A DNA stretch of 64,000 nt from Thermoproteota archaeon (GCA_027492205.1 JAOZFN010000009.1:1-64000), one strand, 5' to 3'. Shown: positions 8,979 through 18,841, numbered from the stretch's first letter. Numbers and translations: made by a program. The notes: generated from the sequence alone by a model not told the origin.

Positions 8979-9869
8979 ATGATCCTGCGGGAGGCAGATG
9001 AAGGCGACGTGGGCGACATCGTCGCCGTCTACACCTACGGAGAGCGAATAGACGACCGGCTGGAGAGGGTCCGGAGGTTCGGCTGGTGGGGAGACGAGGA
9101 GGCGCTCGCCTGGTACCTGAAGTCGCTGAAGAGGACCGGAGGTATCTCGATAGTCGCGGTGGAAGAGGAGAAGGTCGTTGGAGAGGCCGAGATAGCCCCC
9201 GACAGTGGCCCCAGTCTCGTCGGAGAGCACGCATTTCTGCTGAGCCTCTGGACGCACCCCAAGTACCGGGGGAAGGGGGTGGGGAAGGCCCTCCTGGACA
9301 GGTGCCTCGAGATAGCCAAGGAGTGGGGCTTCCGAGTGGTCGACACGATCCCGATACCGGGGAGCGAGAAGTTCTTCTCCGCCACGGGGTTCTCCAAGGT
9401 GGCCAGGCAGGTCGTCGCCGAGGCCAGCAGCAGGCCGACCCCTGGGTTGGCAGGGTTAGTCAGCTTGGGGCCGGGGGACTTCCCAGAGAACCTCTGTCTC
9501 CTTGCAGGACACGTGAGGCCTGGAAGGCTCAGCTGGGAACTCCTCTGGGGGCAGGCGGAGGTAGGTCTTGGGCTACCCTCCCCTAAGGCGTTCAGGCTCA
9601 GGGTGGGGTCGTGGAACTTCGCGCTTCTCCTCTACGCCATTCCTTCAAGGAATGGGCCAAAGGCGGCTGCCCTGCTGTGGGGGGAACCCCGAGTGGGAGT
9701 TGGCCAGGTTTTCGACGCCGTCGAGGTCAGCCTCAGAATTGCGTCTGAGGCGGGGTTCAAGAGGGTAAGGGCTCAGCTGTGGGAGAAGTTCCTGCCCTCC
9801 TTCTCGGCCGCTGGATTCGATGAGGTGAAGAAGGTGCCCTGGGTGCGGAAGCAGATCAGGCCCAGATGA
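8979..9869 (+). CDS. GNAT family N-acetyltransferase
   Basis: MILREA start; LWTHPKYRGKGVGKALL acetyl-CoA motif A. Confidence 0.8.
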   Translation: MILREADEGDVGDIVAVYTYGERIDDRLERVRRFGWWGDEEALAWYLKSLKRTGGISIVAVEEEKVVGEAEIAPDSGPSLVGEHAFLLSLWTHPKYRGKGVGKALLDRCLEIAKEWGFRVVDTIPIPGSEKFFSATGFSKVARQVVAEASSRPTPGLAGLVSLGPGDFPENLCLLAGHVRPGRLSWELLWGQAEVGLGLPSPKAFRLRVGSWNFALLLYAIPSRNGPKAAALLWGEPRVGVGQVFDAVEVSLRIASEAGFKRVRAQLWEKFLPSFSAAGFDEVKKVPWVRKQIRPR

Positions 9870-9932
9870 CCGGTGGGGACCCTGTGAGATTAATTAACCC
9901 CCTCGTAGCCGCGCCTGCGGAGGAGTGAGGAA

Positions 9933-10964
9933 ATGGCTGGAGCTTCGTTTGGAGACGGGAAGTACGACGCCATCGTTGTTGGAGGCGGCATAGCGGGCCT
10001 CACGGCGGCCCTCTATCTGGCCAGGCAGAATCTGAGGACCTTGGTGGTCACGATGGACGTCGGCGGACAGCTGCTCTTGGCCACTGAGATTCAGAACTAC
10101 CCGGGATTCAAGTCGATCGACGGATTCAGCCTCTCCAAGAAGGTCGAGGAACAGGCCAAGCTATTTGGAGCCGAGTTCAAGTACGATGAGGTCGTGGAGA
10201 TCGTCAGAGACGGAGACCTCTTCGCAGTCAGGACCGTGACTGGAGGGGAGTATGAGGCAGACGCTCTAATCCTCGCGTTTGGGAAGAAGCCGAGGGAGCT
10301 GGGAGTTCCAGGGGAGGAGAAATTCAAGGGGAGAGGTGTGAGCTACTGCGCGACGTGCGACGCCCCCCTGTTCAAGGGAAAGAGGGTGGTTCTCGCGGGG
10401 GTCGGGCCGCACGGGATCGAGGCCGCCAGCATGCTCTCCGACCTAGTCAGCGAACTGTACTGGGTGTTCCCGGGGGACACTCCCGGGGGAGAGGAGGAGG
10501 TGCTCAAATCGGTGGCCTCGCGACCCAACGTGCGGGTGCTCGCCAAGTCCAAGATAGTGGAGATCCGGGGGGGTTCCAAGGTGGAGGCGGTCCTTGTGGA
10601 GACTCCGGACGGCAGGGTGGAGCTCGAGGTCGACGGGGTGTTCGTAGAGATGGGATACGTGCCCGAGACGGGCATGGTCCGCGGGCTGGTCGAGCTCAAT
10701 GAGAAGGGTGAGATCGTCGTGGACAAGCTCTGCAGGACGTCCGCCCAGGGGGTCTTCGCGGCCGGAGACGTGACGGACGTCCCGTACAAGCAGGCGATCA
10801 TTTCCGCGGGGATGGGCGCCACGGCCGCGCTCTCCGCCTACGGCTACCTGATGAGGAAGAGGGGGAAGGAGCTCAAGACCCTGTCCGACTGGAAGCACGT
10901 CGATGTGGGTGGAGAGAAGGAAGGGCCTGGAGGGGGAGGGCTCTTCTTTGCCCCCCCATCCTAA
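9933..10964 (+). CDS. trxB: Thioredoxin reductase
   Basis: GGGIAG FAD motif, GRGVSYCATCD, GVFAAGD. Confidence 0.9.
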   Translation: MAGASFGDGKYDAIVVGGGIAGLTAALYLARQNLRTLVVTMDVGGQLLLATEIQNYPGFKSIDGFSLSKKVEEQAKLFGAEFKYDEVVEIVRDGDLFAVRTVTGGEYEADALILAFGKKPRELGVPGEEKFKGRGVSYCATCDAPLFKGKRVVLAGVGPHGIEAASMLSDLVSELYWVFPGDTPGGEEEVLKSVASRPNVRVLAKSKIVEIRGGSKVEAVLVETPDGRVELEVDGVFVEMGYVPETGMVRGLVELNEKGEIVVDKLCRTSAQGVFAAGDVTDVPYKQAIISAGMGATAALSAYGYLMRKRGKELKTLSDWKHVDVGGEKEGPGGGGLFFAPPS

Positions 10965-11001
10965 ACACTCACGCCGGCATCGGGTGAGTCCCCGCCACCT
11001 T

Positions 11002-11064
11002 GTCGCCCTGCCTGAGCGCGATGAGATCCTCCCAAACCGGCTTCGCGCTCACCGGCAGGGGTCG
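11002..11064. repeat. 55-bp hairpin with a 16-bp stem, flanked by a GTCG direct repeat
   Basis: ccctgcc-tgagcgcga (11006-11021) pairs with tcgcgctca-cc-ggcaggg (11043-11060); gtcg lies at 11002-11005 and 11061-11064. Confidence 0.6.
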
Positions 11065-11071
11065 GTTCCAT

Positions 11072-11983
11072 TCAATCACCGACACTGGGTTCCAAGCCTG
11101 AGAGTCGCCGTATCATTTGTGCAACGAGTCTGATCTCCCTCTGAGCCTCGGGCGCCGCCCTGAGCCTGATGAAGTGGGTCCACGCAGAGTCCCTACCGCT
11201 AATCAGGATCCTAGTGGTGCACGCCTGTGGGAGGATGTACCTGGCGTCCTCCATCTCCACGCCAGCGTCAACAAGTCCGTAGTAGATTTTGAGGGATCTC
11301 TCGACTTCCCTCTCCATCCTCCTCCTCAGCTCGGCGTCGAGGTGGCCGGGTAGGTAGTACCCGGCGACCTGAGACACCCTCTGGCTCTGCTGAGTGAAGC
11401 TCAGCGCCCTGTGCCTGACCAGCTGGTGGCTGCAGACCCTGGATATCCCTTCCACCAAGAACGCGTGGAAGCCGTGCCTCGGATCTGGCCAGGGAGAAGA
11501 CAGGAGCATGTGGACCCAGATGTCCTCCACCTCCTCGCTCGACAGCTCGACCCAGAAACCGACCCCTGGGCCCCCTCCTTCTGAACTCAGTCCCAGGGCC
11601 CTGGAGAGAATTGGGAAGTGGAGGAGGATCCTCTTGGCCAACTCTCTGACCTCAGGGTCACCGCGCTCGATCATCTCGACGGCGACGCGGGGGTTCATGG
11701 ACAGAAGTCCCTCGTCCTCGGACAGCTCCACGAACTTCCAGTGAAAGAGCCTCGACTTAACCTCCTCCGGATCGTCCTCGATCCACACTCGGATGAGGCT
11801 GTGCTCGAACACGGAGAGGTGTCCCCAACCCAGGAGCTTTCTGAAGAGTAGCTCCATCCTCTTGGGCGTCGCCTCCCCGATCATGCCCTCCACGGGCTTG
11901 GAACTCCGGGACACCCTCGCGCCCAGATACAGGAGCCAGTCCCCTCCGGCGACCTCAACCCTTGAGACCCTCAACCTCACCAC
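11072..11983 (-). CDS. thyX: FAD-dependent thymidylate synthase
   Basis: GHLSVFEH, SRVCSHQLVRHRALSFTQQSQR, EDARYILP, AQREIR. Confidence 0.9.
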   Translation of the reverse strand: MVRLRVSRVEVAGGDWLLYLGARVSRSSKPVEGMIGEATPKRMELLFRKLLGWGHLSVFEHSLIRVWIEDDPEEVKSRLFHWKFVELSEDEGLLSMNPRVAVEMIERGDPEVRELAKRILLHFPILSRALGLSSEGGGPGVGFWVELSSEEVEDIWVHMLLSSPWPDPRHGFHAFLVEGISRVCSHQLVRHRALSFTQQSQRVSQVAGYYLPGHLDAELRRRMEREVERSLKIYYGLVDAGVEMEDARYILPQACTTRILISGRDSAWTHFIRLRAAPEAQREIRLVAQMIRRLSGLEPSVGD

Positions 11984-12509
11984 CCAGGCTCTTGGGGAGG
12001 CTCACGCCCCTCTGCCCCTGATAGAAGCCGGAGTACGGCCTCGAGGACTTGCCGTCGAGCCTGAAGAAGACCACGTGAAGGAACCTGACCCCCCTGTAGA
12101 TCTTCACGGGGGATGGCCTGGTCCAGGCGACCTCTACGGTCAGCTGCCCCTCAAAGCCAGCGTCTACGAGAGTCGGGGCGGACAGGAACCCCCACCGGGC
12201 GAAGGTGCTCCTGAGACCGCAGAGCCCTGCCACGTCCTCCGGGAGCCTAACCCTCTCCTGAGTGACCAGGAGAAGGCTCGTGTCTCCGGGGACTATGAGT
12301 CCCTCATCTGGGATCTCTCTTATCACGAAGTGCTTCTCCGGATCGGCGCTCCTGAGGTCGATCACTTCGCCCCCGAAGGATGGAAACGCCACCTCCTCAC
12401 CGATTCTCAGGTCGACACCGTTTTCTCGAATAGTGTCTGGGTAGAGGGGATCTATCTCAAGTCTACCCGACTCTAACAGGCCTCTTATGGCCTTGTCGCT
12501 CAGTAGCAT
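11955..12509 (-). CDS. dcd: dCTP deaminase
   Basis: MLLSD start, ENGVDLRIG, RSTFARWG, VDAGFEGQLTVE, YQGQ. Confidence 0.92.
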   Translation of the reverse strand: MLLSDKAIRGLLESGRLEIDPLYPDTIRENGVDLRIGEEVAFPSFGGEVIDLRSADPEKHFVIREIPDEGLIVPGDTSLLLVTQERVRLPEDVAGLCGLRSTFARWGFLSAPTLVDAGFEGQLTVEVAWTRPSPVKIYRGVRFLHVVFFRLDGKSSRPYSGFYQGQRGVSLPKSLGGEVEGLKG

Positions 12510-12586
12510 GTCTCCGCCCACCCTCGTGGGCCCAGGATTTAATGCCGCGTTGGCCGCCTGTCCAAGCACGTTCCCAGGCAGTCACC

Positions 12587-13009
12587 TCAGATTGCGTACT
12601 CCAGCGAGCCCGACCCCTGCTGGCCTCTCTGCTGCCTCGATATCACGGGTGCGGGGAGCGGCGGGGGGACGCCGATGGATCGGCTGGCCACCACGGCGTC
12701 GGCCATCGCGGATGAGAACACCGCCTGGACCACGGCGTCGGGGGGCTTACCAGAGCTGGACCTCTGAACGGCTTCCTTAACCTCCTTTTCGCTTCCCTGG
12801 ATCAGGACTATCCCTCTGATCGTTATCTGAGCCACCGCCGGATTGTAAGTTGCCGAGACGACGAACGATCCCTTTGCCTTTCCCTGGCCAGCTGGCTCAA
12901 GCTTGTGAACGGTCACGTTAAGCTGTATCTGAACAGGAGCAGGTAAAGGGGTCTCGACGTCCCAGAGACGCTCTGCGGAGATGCTTGTGGTCCTCACGCT
13001 CACCATCAT
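12587..13009 (-). CDS. Hypothetical protein (beta-strand/helix pattern, possibly SecB-like)
   Basis: Plausible ORF with a GVPPPLP tail; function not recognised. Confidence 0.55.
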   Translation of the reverse strand: MMVSVRTTSISAERLWDVETPLPAPVQIQLNVTVHKLEPAGQGKAKGSFVVSATYNPAVAQITIRGIVLIQGSEKEVKEAVQRSSSGKPPDAVVQAVFSSAMADAVVASRSIGVPPPLPAPVISRQQRGQQGSGSLEYAI

Positions 13010-13103
13010 GGCGGTACTTGCGCACTCCCTCGAGGCCTATTTTTAATGATCTTGTGGCCCTAGGGTCAGACGTGCACACTCTCCTGTCCAGGGAGGTCTA
13101 AGA

Positions 13104-13985
13104 TTGGGCGCCCTGATCGGCTTGATAGGGAGATACCCGCCCCCCGTTGTCGTAGAGCCCCAGACGCCTCTAGTAAACGTCCTAAGGGGGTTGAAGAACA
13201 GGGCGGTTAGGCACGCGCTCGTGCAGGAGGAGGGGCGGCTTGTCGGGATAATATCTGCCAGGGACATCCTCCGCGATATCGTCAGGGCCGAGGATAGAAC
13301 TCTCTCACAACTGAACGAGAGACTCGCAAGGGATGTGATGACCCGGGACGTCGTAACGGTCGGCTTCGAGGAGGGCTTCGCGAGGCTGGTGGAGAAGTTC
13401 CTTGAGCACGACTTCGGGACAATCCCCGTTGTCGGCGCCAAAGGCAAGGCTGTGGGCGTTGTATCAGAGCGCCACATCGTGGACGCGCTTTCCGGACACG
13501 TGACTTATGTTCGCGTCGGTGAGATAGCCAGCTCCCCGTTGATCACGGCTGACGCCGGATCCACGCTCTACGACGCGATCGCCAAGATGGTCGAGTTCAA
13601 CATACGGAGAGTTCCGTTCATCGGAGAGACCGGAAGCCTGACGGGGATCATCACGCTGAAGGATGTCGTCTCTCTCTTGGGATCTTGGAGGACGGTGGAG
13701 GCAATTGAGGTGGGGAGAGGGGGCGAGATCCTCGATACTCCGCTCGACCCAACGTGGAGGTGCTCTATCGCCTCGATCGACTCCAAGGTCGACGTCAGTG
13801 AGGCTCTCAAGAAGATGAGGTCGCTGGGGGTCGGAAGCCTGCTGGTGAGAGACGGTGACCAGATAGTGGGGATAGTGACGGAGAGGGACGTGGTCAGGAA
13901 ACTACCCAAGGTCATGGGCGCTGACGTCTTCGTCGACGCGGTCAGGCAGGAGATCTTCGTGGGTAGGATATCCAAGTACGGATGA
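13104..13985 (+). CDS. Four-CBS-domain protein
   Basis: Repeated LVGIISARD / VGVVSERH / GIITLKD / VGIVTERD. Confidence 0.88.
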   Translation: MGALIGLIGRYPPPVVVEPQTPLVNVLRGLKNRAVRHALVQEEGRLVGIISARDILRDIVRAEDRTLSQLNERLARDVMTRDVVTVGFEEGFARLVEKFLEHDFGTIPVVGAKGKAVGVVSERHIVDALSGHVTYVRVGEIASSPLITADAGSTLYDAIAKMVEFNIRRVPFIGETGSLTGIITLKDVVSLLGSWRTVEAIEVGRGGEILDTPLDPTWRCSIASIDSKVDVSEALKKMRSLGVGSLLVRDGDQIVGIVTERDVVRKLPKVMGADVFVDAVRQEIFVGRISKYG

Positions 13986-13986
13986 T

Positions 13987-14982
13987 CTAACCCGAGAGGA
14001 CCCTCCAGAGTTCCTCAGAAACGGGTCTGTTGAGGTCAAGCTTCGATCCGTCTAACCTCTCCAAGACGCGGACGGAGGGATCAGAGACGAACTCTCCCAC
14101 TACTGCCGCGGCGATGCCGTTCGCCCTGAGCTCGCGGACGATCTCCTCGGCCGAGTCCACTGGGGCCGCTATGAGCAGGGAGCCCGAACTCACGAGTCGA
14201 AGGGGGTCAGCCCCCAGGGCCTCGCACACTACCTGGGTCTCCGGCCTGATCGGGATATCCTCCTCGCGGACAACGACCCCGACGCCGGACGCCATGGCGA
14301 CCTCCTGAATTCCGGCGGCTATTCCCCCCTCGGTGGGGTCGTGGAGCGCGTGCGCCCCTAAGTCGGCGGCGATCCTCGCGTCCCTGACAACGCTTATCTC
14401 TCGGATGAACTCCGCAGCCCTGTCTAAAACGCCCTCGTCGACCTTTTCGGCGAGCCTCTCCCTCAGGTCGGTCGCCAAGATGGCCGTCCCCTCGAGGGCA
14501 GCCGCCTTGGTTACTATGGCCAGATCGCCGGGCTTCGCTCCGGAACTCCTGATGAGCTTGTCGGGGCTCGTGAATCCTATGGCCGTCGTGACAATTATGT
14601 CTCGGTCGAGCCAGGGTGTAACCTCCGTGTGGCCGCCGACCACGCTCGCCCCGACCTCGTCGGCGGCGGACCTTATCTGATCGGCCAGCTCCTCGAGCCT
14701 CTCGAACGTAGTGCCGCCGCTGGCCAGGAGGGTCACGACGAGCCACCTCGGGTCGGCCCCCGAGGTGGCGACGTCGTTGCACGCCACGTGGACAGACAGC
14801 CATCCCGCGTTCCTACCGGCCCCGGTGATGGGGTCCGAGTGAACCACCACTGCGACCCCGTCGGCCAAGAGGGCCGCGTAGTCCTCGCCCAACCCTGGAC
14901 CCAGGAGGACGTCGTCCCTTGGCTCGTAGATTCTGCTCAGGAATTCCCCCAGCTGATCGGGTGGGAGCTTTCCAGCCAGCAC
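13987..14982 (-). CDS. AIR synthase/HypE-family protein
   Basis: GKLPP, GPGLGED, SDPITG, NDVATSG, GGHTEVT, HDPTEGG; GTG start inferred. Confidence 0.85.
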   Translation of the reverse strand: MLAGKLPPDQLGEFLSRIYEPRDDVLLGPGLGEDYAALLADGVAVVVHSDPITGAGRNAGWLSVHVACNDVATSGADPRWLVVTLLASGGTTFERLEELADQIRSAADEVGASVVGGHTEVTPWLDRDIIVTTAIGFTSPDKLIRSSGAKPGDLAIVTKAAALEGTAILATDLRERLAEKVDEGVLDRAAEFIREISVVRDARIAADLGAHALHDPTEGGIAAGIQEVAMASGVGVVVREEDIPIRPETQVVCEALGADPLRLVSSGSLLIAAPVDSAEEIVRELRANGIAAAVVGEFVSDPSVRVLERLDGSKLDLNRPVSEELWRVLSG

Positions 14983-15157
14983 GGGCCGATCACTCGGACG
15001 CAGTGAAAAAAGTTGACTGAATGGGGGACCCGACCCGGACTCGGGCCGGGACCCCTTGGAGGGTGGCCCGTGCATCCGTAAAGCCCCGAGGCTTTATGGA
15101 TTTCGATTAGAACCGTCGGCGGACCATTGACAACGTTTTGAAACGGTCATCCACGCG

Positions 15158-15661
15158 TCAAAGCTTGTAGCCGAACCTCCTCAGAAGCTCCTTGCGCTCC
15201 CTTACGTCCTCGTCGCCCTCGACGCCAAGCGGCGTGAGGCCGTCAACGACCCCAAGGAGCCCCCTCCCTTGGCTGGTCTCCGCCACTATGGCCTGAAGCG
15301 GGTTTGCCGTGGCGGCGAAGATGTTGGCGATCTCGCTCACGGTCTTCAGCCTGTTCAGGACGTTGATCGGCCACGCGTCGCGAATCAGGATGACGAGGGT
15401 GTGGCCCGCGGCGAGCCTCTTCGCCCTCTCGATGGCCTCCTTCTCCAGCTCGGGGTCGTTTCCGACGTGCCTGATCAGCCTCTTCCCCGACGACTCGCAG
15501 AAGGCTATCCCGAACTTTATCGAAGGACACGATTCGATCAGGGCCTCGTAGACATCCTCTACCGTCTTGATGAAGTGAGACTGAGCCACGATTATGTTGG
15601 TCCCCTCTGGAGGGGAGATGTCCACCACATGGATCTTCACGCCCTCACACATTCCATCCAC
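15158..15661 (-). CDS. Adenosine-specific kinase family (DUF355)
   Basis: [35 protein letters not shown]. Confidence 0.88.
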   Translation of the reverse strand: MDGMCEGVKIHVVDISPPEGTNIIVAQSHFIKTVEDVYEALIESCPSIKFGIAFCESSGKRLIRHVGNDPELEKEAIERAKRLAAGHTLVILIRDAWPINVLNRLKTVSEIANIFAATANPLQAIVAETSQGRGLLGVVDGLTPLGVEGDEDVRERKELLRRFGYKL

Positions 15662-15828
15662 CCCGCGCCGCTATCGTAACATCTGGGGAAAAATACGTAA
15701 AGTTGACGGCCCCTCGGGCACTACGAGCTAATGGCTTCTGTCGCCAGGCGAAGCTGCCAGGCGGATGAGCCCCGCATGTGTCGAAATACCTATCTATACC
15801 CGTCGAGGGGGGTGGTCCGGAGGGTGGC

Positions 15829-17445
15829 TTGAGGAAAAGCGGCCTCGTGTTGCTGATCCTGCTCTCGGCCCTCATGGCGGCGCCAAGCGGGACGGGTACT
15901 GCTAGTGAGGGATTGGCCAGGCTCCCGACAGGTGCGTGCACCCTATTCTGCCCAATATCCGACTACGTGAAGGTGTGGTACGTAGACCTGAACTCGTCCC
16001 TTGCCGGGAGTCAGAGGATCGCGAGGGTGGGGGTTGGCGAAGAGTTTGAAGTTTACGTGGAGGTCTGGCTGAAGAAGACATCTTCCGATGCTCCAATGGC
16101 GCTCATACTTGTTGGGTCGTGGTCCAATGAGTGGCCTCCTGTGAGGGGGGCCTTCGTTAAGATATATGAGGGAATCCCCAGCTCCACAGGGTCGAAGTAC
16201 AGGCTCAGGGCGACCATGGGGGCGCCACAAACCCCTGGAAACTACAGCCTATGGGTAATGTACGTCCCGCCGCCGCAAGAGCCCGGCGCCGATCCGGTCG
16301 AGAACCTCTTCAAGATCTGGAGTGAGACCGAGAACCTCACGGGCAAGGCCCCCTGGGAGCTGCCGAACTGCGGTCCCCCTCACGCTCGAGTGGAGGTTGT
16401 TGCCAAGCCCAAGATCACCCTCACGAACTTCTGGGTGAGCAAGCATCAAGTATCGCCGGGAGAGACTGTAGAGTTTGGCGCCAGGGTAAACAACGTGGGT
16501 ACCGCGGAGGGAACCTACGAGGTTGAGGCAAAGCTAGACGGCTCACACCTGGAGACGAAGACGGGCGTGCTGGCCCCCGGACAGAGCCGAGACCTGACGT
16601 GGAGGGTCAAGCTGAACCAGCCAGGAGACCACTGGATAGACGTCGGCGGCTCCTTCTCCGCCCAGATTCACGTGCTCGAGCCCGGGGAACTTAAGGTAAA
16701 GAACCTGAGGGCCAGCTCCTCCGAGCTGATGCCCGGGGATACGCTCAAGGTGTACGTTACCGTGGAGAACGATGGGGAAATGGAGAGAGACATCCAGCTC
16801 GCGCTGGTCGTCGACGGAAAGGTTGTCAACAGCAAGACGGTCCTGATCGAACCGATGTCGTCAAAAGACGTGCAATTCGAAGTCACCCTTGAGAAGCCGG
16901 GTGTGCACGAGGTGAAGGTAGGCAAGCTGGGTCCCCTGGAGGTTCGCGTCCTGTCTCCCGGCGAGTGCAGGCTGCTCGAAGTAACCGTGGGCAACGGCAC
17001 GGTCGTTTCCGGCGAGGTCGTTAACTTGACGGCCACGCTAAGCAACGTGGGTGATCTAGAGACGACCTGTGTCGTTGAGGTTAATGTAAATGGGACGGTA
17101 AAGACCTCAGAAGTCGTCCGCATCCCCGGCAAGGGCACGAAAAACGTCACCTTCTCCTTCCCCACCTGGGCCGCCGGGCTTTACTTCGTCGACGTCAACG
17201 GCACAGAATACACGGTGGAGGCCATGAGTCCTCCGAGTCCAGAGGGCGAAGCTGAAGGTGGGAGTGGGAGGTTGAGGGTCGCAGCAGGGGTCGCATCGCT
17301 CGCAGCCGGTGGGGCGGTGGCTGCTTACGTTATGGTAGGGAGACTGAGGTCCTCTAAGTCAAGGCACGGCTTGGGCGCCAGGAAGACGCGGAGACACAAG
17401 AAGAGAAGGCCCGTGGGAGCCAGGAGGAGGAGCGGTCTGCGATGA
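15829..17445 (+). CDS. Secreted, membrane-anchored CARDB/Ig-like repeat surface protein
   Basis: Signal peptide, three V.N.G CARDB-like repeats, C-terminal TM helix and basic tail. Confidence 0.8.
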   Translation: MRKSGLVLLILLSALMAAPSGTGTASEGLARLPTGACTLFCPISDYVKVWYVDLNSSLAGSQRIARVGVGEEFEVYVEVWLKKTSSDAPMALILVGSWSNEWPPVRGAFVKIYEGIPSSTGSKYRLRATMGAPQTPGNYSLWVMYVPPPQEPGADPVENLFKIWSETENLTGKAPWELPNCGPPHARVEVVAKPKITLTNFWVSKHQVSPGETVEFGARVNNVGTAEGTYEVEAKLDGSHLETKTGVLAPGQSRDLTWRVKLNQPGDHWIDVGGSFSAQIHVLEPGELKVKNLRASSSELMPGDTLKVYVTVENDGEMERDIQLALVVDGKVVNSKTVLIEPMSSKDVQFEVTLEKPGVHEVKVGKLGPLEVRVLSPGECRLLEVTVGNGTVVSGEVVNLTATLSNVGDLETTCVVEVNVNGTVKTSEVVRIPGKGTKNVTFSFPTWAAGLYFVDVNGTEYTVEAMSPPSPEGEAEGGSGRLRVAAGVASLAAGGAVAAYVMVGRLRSSKSRHGLGARKTRRHKKRRPVGARRRSGLR

Positions 17446-17560
17446 AGGTAGTCGCCGAATACGCCACCCTTTGTGTCCACTAGCGGGGCTTGCGTCGCAT
17501 CTTTTTATCTATAGACCCCAGACAGGGCGTGAAGGTCCCACTGGTTCGAGGGGATCTCTC

Positions 17561-17992
17561 TTGGGCGCCAGCGATCGGGGCAAGACTGGGGGCGATAAGT
17601 TACGAAAGCTCGTCAGAACCCTCAGAAGAAAGAGTTCTAAGATCTCTCTAACGGTTGCTGAGGCAGGAATGATACAGAGGTCGATCAGGAGGGCTTCGAA
17701 CAGGCTGCGCGGTAGAAAGGGCACGGTCGTAGTTGGGAGAAAGACCATAGCGTTTGACGGGGAGATGGCGTTCGTCTTTCCGGGCCATCCCAAGGTGAGC
17801 GCCTTCGTCGAGAGGCTGTGGAAGAGGGGGTTCGTAGAGCTCGTCAGCAGCAAGCCTAAGGTCTACGTTGGTCCAGGCGTCGTCGTCGCGGCCATTGTGC
17901 TGTTAAGAAACGAGATAGTAGCAAAAAGACGGTGGGCGGAGGGAGTAGATGACCTAGTCCTGTCTCTGCTCATTAAGGAGCTGGGGGAGTGA
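17561..17992 (+). CDS. Hypothetical basic protein
   Basis: ORF placed between a TATA-like site and the next gene; no family recognised. Confidence 0.45.
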   Translation: MGASDRGKTGGDKLRKLVRTLRRKSSKISLTVAEAGMIQRSIRRASNRLRGRKGTVVVGRKTIAFDGEMAFVFPGHPKVSAFVERLWKRGFVELVSSKPKVYVGPGVVVAAIVLLRNEIVAKRRWAEGVDDLVLSLLIKELGE

Positions 17993-17996
17993 TGTC

Positions 17997-18563
17997 TTGG
18001 AGGGTGTTCACGGGAGTAAATCGCGAATATGGGTTGGAAGACCTCCGACCGTCTACATAGGCGCCGATGACTTGGGAGACAATGACGGAACCGGCGAGAT
18101 ATGCGTGGAAGGAGTCGAACACTTGGAATCCTTCTCCCCGACCGGAGTCAGGTTGTTTAGAGTGAAGCTGGCAGATCCCTCCCTAATCGGCAGGGGCCGT
18201 GAGAACATGGCTTGGGCCATTGAAGCCCGTGGAGATCCCTGGCTGCTCCTGGAGGAGTTTGGATCCATCGTGGCGGATAGAAGTGGGATGGACAGCAACC
18301 CGGGGCTGGCCCTCCTACTAGACTCCCCTCCCACCGACGCCCTGGTAGAGTTGGCGGAGAGGATCCGCAGAGAACGGGTTGCCCTGGAAGAAGTTCACAG
18401 GGTAGCTGAAGCCCACGGCGTAGAGCTATGGGAACTGGGAGGCAGCGGCTTAGGGGTTATCGGGGCCTTTGCAGCCGCCGTCCTGAGTTCCGCAGGGATC
18501 GCAGAGGAGGTCTCCGTTGAGGGTTTAAATCCGCAGAGAGGACGTCGATCCAGGCGCCAATGA
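17997..18563 (+). CDS. Stand-alone protein resembling the TiaS N-terminal (DD-motif) region
   Basis: YIGADDLG, NMAWAI, SNPGLA, GLGVIGAFAA pattern. Confidence 0.55.
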   Translation: MEGVHGSKSRIWVGRPPTVYIGADDLGDNDGTGEICVEGVEHLESFSPTGVRLFRVKLADPSLIGRGRENMAWAIEARGDPWLLLEEFGSIVADRSGMDSNPGLALLLDSPPTDALVELAERIRRERVALEEVHRVAEAHGVELWELGGSGLGVIGAFAAAVLSSAGIAEEVSVEGLNPQRGRRSRRQ

Positions 18564-18841
18564 GGTTAATTCCTTCACCTGAGCGGTGAGGACTGATGGG
18601 CGGACCGAGGCGCCCAACCAATCCCCTCTCCCGCGAGACGCCAGCTAAGAACTCACTGCATTGACGAACTCTCCGGTCAGCCTCACCTCTCAGCCTGCGA
18701 GACCCTCCTACGGTGCTACGAGGACGAGATGCGCTCCACGCCAGCCGAACCACCCGAGTCGCAGGCGGCCTATCCGGCCGACTCACACGCGGGATACCTA
18801 AACCCTTTAATCGCTCTCTAATCCCGCCGTGATGATGCAAA

